From Tricharina praecox (lineage: Eukaryota), in NCBI RefSeq assembly GCF_024521635.1, contig NW_026250419.1:186001-250000 (forward strand): a stretch of 64,000 bases of DNA. The letters run 5' to 3'. A model generated the notes under the pieces. It made no database searches. It had not been told where the DNA came from and saw only the letters and a list, made by a program, of their open reading frames with translations. Below, in pieces: positions 56,791 to 64,000 of the stretch. Positions within the stretch are counted from its first letter, which is position 1; each line of letters opens with the position of its first letter. A program made the position numbers and the translations under genes.

Positions 56791-59773
56791 TCACGCAAAC
56801 TTAACATCAGCGAACAGCGCCGCGCGGACCTGTGTCAGTGCCGCCAGCTCCAAAATGAACTCCTGTGATCTTATCAGCACCGTCCTCCTCAACCCTCTCC
56901 CCAGTCAAGTAAGAAGCTTACCTGCAAGATCATGATATTGGTTAATAGATGGCTCAGGGTAAAGTCACCCTGCTGCTGATTTCTCGTCGACGGGGGCGAA
57001 TGCAGCACCTCGGGAGTATCCTCTCCATTCCCCTCTTCCGACTCTGGCGGCGGCGGTAGGTGCAGTCCCTTCTGCCCGGGCATGAGGACTTTGATCCTGC
57101 GCGTCGTCGTGTCGGCGATGTGGCTTTCGAAGGGGGAGTTGGGGTCTATAGCGGGCGACACGCCGCGGGAGGAGGGGGTCGGGGAGAGGAACTGGGTGCG
57201 GCCGCGGGCGACATCGGGGCCGAGGATGAGGTTGCGCGCCGAGAAGGGATCGAGCATGGGCATGGGGAAGGACGGCGATGGCTGCTTGGGCAGCGGGGGC
57301 GGTTGCGAGGTCTGCGTACTGGCTAGGGCATCGTTGATTTCGTCGGTGAATTCGAAGGCCCGTCGCCGCTCCATGAGCTTGTCGTCGAGGTCGGGGATGT
57401 CCCGACGGTATGCGGCGATCTGGGCGACGAGGTCTTGCAGCGCTTCGATTATGGGCGGTGCATGGCGCCGCCGGAGCCGCGGGTGGCGCCGCGCGAGCTT
57501 GATTTCGCGGAGGCGGCGGCGGTCCTTCTCGGCAAAGAGGTCTTCGGTCGAGAGGAGAGTGGTGTCGCCGAGGATCGCAGCGAGCTCTTCTTCCATCGTG
57601 TCCAGCTCATCGTCTTCATTGTCGGAATCGTCGTCTTCGGGGAACTCGTAGTGTGCTGGGTCGTAGTAGAGCCAGCCTTCGGGACGCATGTAAGCCGGCG
57701 CGGCGAGGTCGACGATGACGCATGTGAGGACCAGGTTGGTTTCTACCGTATTTGAGAAGAAGGCGGCGAGAAGATCCACCAGGTGTCGGAGGAAGGGGTC
57801 GTGAGGGCTCAGCGTGTGCATGTGCATCCGTGCCAGTCTATCTTCACCGCTGCTGATACCACTACCGCCCACGATGTTCCCGCGAAGACCCAAGAACTTC
57901 GTGGTGCAAGGGTGAGACTCCAACAGGCCTTGACAGTCTTTGAGATGGTCACCGTAAGTCTGCGCCGAGTCCCTTCCTTCGCCGGTTAGATCAGCCACCA
58001 TCTGGAAGAGCATCTCCATCTCGGCGTTGTGCGCGCCGATCGTGCGTGTTGGGGAGCTGCCCGACACGGGTATGGTTTTGAGAAGAGTGTGCATGGAGTA
58101 TGGATAGTGTTTTCGCAGGATTGTGGATACCAGTCTCAGGGTCGTTGCCACGGTCTGCTGCGATTTCGACGCAAGACTGGTCATTATCAGGTCCGCCAGA
58201 CTATAGATGGCTGGAGTAGGGCTGTCCATCACATCCGCTGCTCTCGACAGCATATCTAGGGATTGTCGTCTCTTGGTGCGCGACTGCACCTGCATGGATT
58301 CTGGGTTCTCTGGCATATTCATGAGGTACGAGAGGATCAGGTGGATGATGTCGGGGTAATCCAGCGTGTCAAGGACGACACGAACATACGTCAGAACAGC
58401 TACGGAGGATCCACCGTCGGCATCCGAGGATTCGAGCAGTGAAGGATATCTGTTTCATTATGACTCGTGTCAGGGCAATTACGGAATGGCAATGATCGGG
58501 GAACCAACAGCAGCTGCTGCAGAAACAACACTTGAAAGTGGTCTAGTAGTGTCTGCTTTACTTCTGCGGAACGGCAATGCTCCAATACATCCTGCCAGAA
58601 CGTTAGGTAGGAGAGGAAGGTATCGAGATGCGTCTTGAACTCCGGCGAGTTCGGCGTCTCCGCCCCCGATGCAGGCTGAGGAACAAAGTCGGAAAGCACG
58701 AGGATCGTAGGTGGCTCTTCGGTCGAATAGGTTATCGCAAGTTTTCTGTCGGAAAGTCAACGCGCTGAGGGAATGGTGATGAAATGCGCAGGGAGGTGCC
58801 AACCTGCTCAACTGACTATACAAAGCCCCCAACCCGGAAGCCATCAAGGTCGCCAGGTCGCTTTCTACTATCCACCGCTCCAACGCGCCCGACGAAGACG
58901 CGGCCTCGACGATGTAGAGCAGTCCTGTCCTAGCAAAGTCCCCTACCTTGCCTTCCTGATGGACGTAGTCAATCAAGAGATAAAACAATGGGAAATCCTC
59001 TTTATTCGTCATACCCGCAAACCGCTCCCGAGGCTCCAGGCTCTCATAATGTTTCCCGCCCCCTTCGCCGGCGCTATTCGTAAACCACACCCGCAGAATC
59101 CCCGGGCTCGATCGGATCTTGGAAGCGATGCTGAACAGCAGCTCTACGAACTCGCCCTCAAACGACGGAACCGAGCGCTGACTCGTAGCCTTCAGGAAGG
59201 CGATCAAGCTGTGCGCAAAGCTCTCGTGACCTAGAAAATCCTCGTCTTCATTGTCGATCAGGGTTGAAAACGCAACTATACACTCCCGGATGACAGCTGG
59301 AGATCCGGACTGTCCGATCTTCGATAGCGCAATGAAGACCTGCTGCTCGTAGCAAAAGTTCATGCACAGTCTCGTCGACCGCTTCTCCTCCTCGATCAAC
59401 AGATCCGTCAACCGCTTGATGTAGCCGCGCAGCGTCTCCTGGGAGTGGGGGTCGTTGTCTCTTGTGTTTCGCCACGAGCCCTAGATGCATCCCATCGCCC
59501 AGCCGTCAGCGAACGAGCGCGCGTCGCGTGTGTGGGAGTGCGGGTGTCGGAAGGCGCACCAGTAGCTGCTGCCAGACACGTTTGAACTTTGCGAGACGTT
59601 GCTCGGGAGTCGTAGGCGGTGGAGGAGCTTTTTGCGTAGAGCTCGAGGAGCCGGAGCCGCCGATGAGCCGATTCCACTGCCAGATCCACAGCGTCAGTAA
59701 AGCAGTGCTCATCGTCGCCGTGCATCGTGCATCGTGATGGGAACCGGATTGCTGGGGAACGCACAAAATCCAT
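56791..59773 (-). CDS. FHIP/FAM160 (RAI16-like) FTS- and Hook-interacting protein
   Basis: MDF|WNRLIG, FPLFYLLIDYVHQEGKVGDFARTGLL, MASGLGALYSQLSR, QQLL|YPSLLESSD and NIMILQ|EFILELAALTQVRAALF resemble the FAM160/FhipA family. Confidence 0.85.
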
Positions 59774-61220
59774 CTAGGGAGAGTTACGACAGCGATCTGC
59801 AGCTTCGTTGGGATGGATAGGTGCGGTTTGTGGGACGGGACGGAGGTGCTGGTGGCCGCGGCTGGTCGTGGTCGTGGTGGAACTTGAGCTTTTGCTCTAG
59901 GGATGCGGGACGCAAACAAAGAGGTCCAGGGTGCAAGGTACGCACTTATCGCCAGGTCTATGTGCCCGCGCCAGAGCTTATCCGGGTCCGCTACTTTTGA
60001 GGACTCAGCTTGAGGATGCTCTACTTAAATTTACATATTTTTCCCGTCATGATCTACATCTGTGCTCTTCATCGCGTTGACATTCTTTCGACGCCCCCCA
60101 TTTTCCGCATAGCAAAATTCGGGACTCGATGGGAATGGGGGACGAAAGGGAGTGACAAAAGGTGCATATTCCTAGTATGCGCAATCACCAAGAACCAGAG
60201 GGGAGTAGCAAGCTATGTGTATAGGCTTTCCAAAGCTACCCCGCGGAGCTGGCAGGAATGGTCAGGAAGTTGGTGGTCGCCATAGTCTAGTAAAGGCCGC
60301 ATGCGACAATAAATTGATGTTCTCTCTCTCAAGCTTTCCAAAGAACAGAGCTCTCCCATTCCCGACATTACTGGCAGTAGGGAATTCCTTCAGCATGATA
60401 CTGCTGGCCAAAGCTCTAACAAAACAATAATTCTCAAGGATACACAATCACTATTTAAACGTATTCAACTCCATTACTTTCCCCTTCTACTCCACGCGCA
60501 GCGGCCTGGGTAATAGACGGGGGAAAAAAAAGAGGGGCCTGTCAGACCTCCATCGCCGCCCACCCTCGTTCCCACCCCACTCGAAAGCGAGGTATACGGA
60601 AACTCAGGTCGAGATCATCACCCACCTGTCCCGAAGGACCGGCAAAACAGGCTTCACTCTGGGGCAGCGAGGATATAGATCATCGTCCAGGTTGGAGATT
60701 CTGTGGCTCTTGTAAAGAGTTCAGATGAGACGATTTACTATAGAAATGATCCCTAAAGAAAGAAATGATGTTAGTATTATGGTGTCGCGACATATAGTAC
60801 TGAATGTGGAGGTGGGGAGTACTGACTATGAAGTAAAATCGCATACTTTTCAAACGATGGGAGGAAGGGGGGTTTTATAGATGGTTGTGGGCGGCGAAAG
60901 TTTCTTTGCCAAGCCCTAAGCCCTTAGTAGTTGTCCAAACACTAGCTCTTTTCACGTTACTCTGCCGTGTGACTAACTATGATGCAACACGTCCCGAGAC
61001 CAGAGGTCAGGTCATGACACTCACTCAGCCACTCATCAAAGTACACCTTGGGAAAAATCCGCGGATCTCAGCTCTGGCAATATTTTCATACATCTATAGG
61101 ATGCCCTGTAATGATTCGGTACCAAGTATCCCTTGGCCAGCTCGTGCAGACAAAACGCAACAAGGCAATGGATTCTTTGCTGGCTAGATGTGAAGGCTGG
61201 CTAGATGTGATACAGACGAC

Positions 61221-61805
61221 TCATTGATATCCACATCCGGCTCGATTCGGATGATATGTAGCAGGCTCGGAGTCGCCCTCAGCCTCGACTGGATCAAGAA
61301 TGAGCCTTAGCCTTGCGGTACAGTACGCAGCTTCAGAGATATCAGATCCGTGTATCTTGGACCCAGCATTCTTCAGCCTGACAGTCTCGTCCACCTCTTC
61401 GGTCCACCCTGGAGGTTCGGCACGAAGTGAGATCCGATGTCGGTGAAGTTTTCTGTTCATTCGATCATACTCGTATTCAGCCCATGTAAGACCGTGATGG
61501 GCATGCATCTCCGTTCTTTCCTGTGCACAGTCGGAAGTTGGCCAAGTCACTCGAAGTCCTTCGACGGCCCATCCCGATCCTGATTCCTCATATGTACGAA
61601 TCATATGCTGTGCGCCATCGGTATCACGTGCAGTCAGGTGATCCGGCAACTTGAGAGTCCAGACTCCAGAAATAAGAGACACAAACACGAAATCACCTGC
61701 CACCCAGTACATATCTCGGAAATAACTCGGGTGGACTAGACATCTACGTGGAGGGAGTATCCCGAGCAACACCCGTATGCAAGATGATGCAGGATCTGTG
61801 TACAA
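61221..61805 (-). other. Unassigned ORF (up to 194 codons; first ATG near 61709); possible lineage-specific gene or remnant
   Basis: Longest ORF in a roughly 3.4-kb gene-poor interval. No motif recognised. Confidence 0.25.
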
Positions 61806-63353
61806 TACATCTGCTCCGCATCCCTTTCTTTCCTTTTGGCGGCAGCAGCGGCGGCGGCATATTTCTCGTCAGACTGTTCAAATCCCTACATACTGGTGCT
61901 GGAGGAGTGATGTGTTTGGATGGCTGCCCTCGTTTTTTTATTTTTACTCCAACAAAACCCGGGGTTAGAAGACGGTCTGTGGGGTATTCGAGGTCATGAG
62001 CACAGTGTGATTCACCCCCATATGTACGCCCTGTCTACTACCGAAAACATAGGCCCTGCGGCATAGTAGCAGCGGGGCTTTCTCACCAACACAGCTCGAA
62101 GCCCAGAGGACCTGGTGGCAGAAGGGAGATCGATATAATGTTTGCCCCCACACTGTCCTAGGCGGCCCCGGAACGGCGAAGTCGAAGGAATGGAAGGATA
62201 GATAAGAAGATAAGAAGAAGAACCATATTCATCTTTGGGTATCTATTCAGGTATGCATATGCACCTGCGAGCCCACTCCACTCTATCAGTAGCTCATCTC
62301 TTTCTGCAAGAACAGTTGGAATTCCCCCTACGCCGCATCGCCAAGATGAGCTTATGCCGGCGGACATCATGGTCCCGGCCGCAGTCTTGACGAGCCTCTT
62401 CGTCGGCCTTCCCTTCCAGCACGGAATCCAAACAGAAAGCTTCTCCGGAACAAAAGGATGTGCAGTCTCCAGGCTCGCTATGTAGCTGCCTCGGCACTCG
62501 ATGCCGTTAACTATTCGTGTGACAAAACGCCGTCGACCTGGCTCGTATGTGCATCATCACGGAACGGTGCGGGACTGATTCCGCTGGCCACCGAAGTTAC
62601 TCTGGAAGACGCATGCGGCGGCTTGCTCGCCACGAGAACCCGAACTTTCGTGGGGACACGGTGCTCTCGCACCGAAGCGGCTGCTTGTTTCCAACCCCGG
62701 TGTGCACTGTGCTGGCTTCGTTTCGCAGGTGGCTCTGAAGGAAACAGTACATTAGGTAAGTACTGACATAGTAGGCTACGAGTGCGATGAAGATTTTACG
62801 GTTGTGGGGAACACGCGTGCCAGGTGCAGATCTCGAAGCGCGATCTGGGTGTCATCTGCAGGGTCCCTGTACCTACTCTGATAGGGCCATGCGCCACCCT
62901 CTGACGATAGGCAATGCCGTCGATGGCTCCTGACGCTCCAGAGTCCACCTGCGCTGGTGTTTACTCCTGACTCTCCCACCACCACCACCCATCCGCTCAC
63001 CCACCCACCCACCGACCGTCTTCGCCCACCACCAGTCCGTTCGTTCGTACGGTTTCGGATGACAATACCATCCCGCATTCTACTCTAGCCTTACTGCTTA
63101 GCAGCTAGCCGCAAATCGCCCCGGGTGAAGCCAGGGAGCTCTCGAGTCTCGATACGCCCGAGCACACACACGCACACACACCGCTGTTATATAGATCATG
63201 CCTCCCCGCTCCCCGGCCACCTCCATCCGCCTCTCCTCCCCACCCTCCCCATCATACCACCACGGAGACACGTCGGACAGTTCGCCTCCCCGTTCACCTA
63301 GCTCCACGGCCTTTCCTTCAACCCCAAACCCCAGTTTTAGCCTCTACGCCATC

Positions 63354-64000
63354 ATGGCTCGCGTCGTCCAGTCGGCGAAGAAGGCGCTGCTCCCGGCGGA
63401 GCCCTCCAGCTACCAGTCCATCCCGAACGTGGACTATGGCGAAGGGGAGTCCAGCTCCCTGCACGGGTCTAGATCGTCCGAGGGACCGCACAAAACCTCG
63501 GTGTTCGAATATGGAATCTTTGTGCTCTTGGGCGTTGCCATGTAGGTTGTCCTGCGAAGCTTGTCTCGCGCGCCGTTCCGGACCGAGGTAGCTAACGGCT
63601 AGTCATACCGTCAAGGCTGTGGAGTTGGAACATGTTTATGGCCTGCGCGACCTACTTCCAACGACGCTTCTCGGAGGTTAATATGCACTTCCGCGAGAAG
63701 CTCCAGGTCGGAGCACCACGCTGACTGGGTGCATCAAGAACGAGTTTATCCTCAACAATTTCCAATCCATGATTCTCGGTGTCAGCACCTTTACGAATCT
63801 CGGCGTCATGATCTACTTGTCCAACAGACAGAGCACAGCGAATTACCCTTTCCGTATATGCACTTCGCTCGTGCTGAACTGTGTCACGTTCACGATACTC
63901 GCCTTGTCGACCATCATGTTTACGGTCGGTGCGACGTCGTACTTGGCGTTGGTCTTGCTCTGTGTCTGCGTTGCGGCCGCCAGTTGTGGCTTCAGCCAGA
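63354..64000 (+). CDS. Equilibrative nucleoside transporter (ENT/Fun26-like), partial; an upstream in-frame ATG lies at 63198
   Basis: YGIFVLLGVAM|LWSWNMFMACATYFQRRF...NNFQSMI...TNL...ANYPFRI matches the ENT TM1-TM4 pattern. The gene runs off the window. Confidence 0.85.

Overview
Gene-dense, intron-rich eukaryotic DNA from a filamentous ascomycete. The basis is short GT-AG introns with RCTRAC branch points; the Pezizomycetes class is only a guess. I find about 25 mostly housekeeping genes: RMD1-like (partial), DRS2 flippase, a twinfilin C-terminal half gene, CEM1, a PARN/CAF1-family ribonuclease, PEX26, SGF73, MZT1, ALG8, a VIP36-like lectin, ATX2/ZIP, HAT1, haspin, calmodulin, an orphan ORF, a Sel1-repeat mitochondrial protein, URA7, RTT103, CDC37, an MDL1-like ABC transporter, a PRR1-like kinase, ILV3, FHIP/FAM160 and an ENT/FUN26 transporter (partial). 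I see no intact transposon, rRNA, CRISPR array, biosynthetic cluster or clearly new multi-gene system. Three observations stand out. (1) The CTP synthase gene needs a 53-nt AT-AC intron with U2-type signals, plus a GC-AG intron, to restore its conserved frame. (2) A free-standing gene encodes only the C-terminal ADF-H domain and capping-protein-binding tail of twinfilin. (3) The PARN-like nuclease has a presequence-like in-frame N-terminal extension. All calls come from manual translation and motif recognition; no database search was run.
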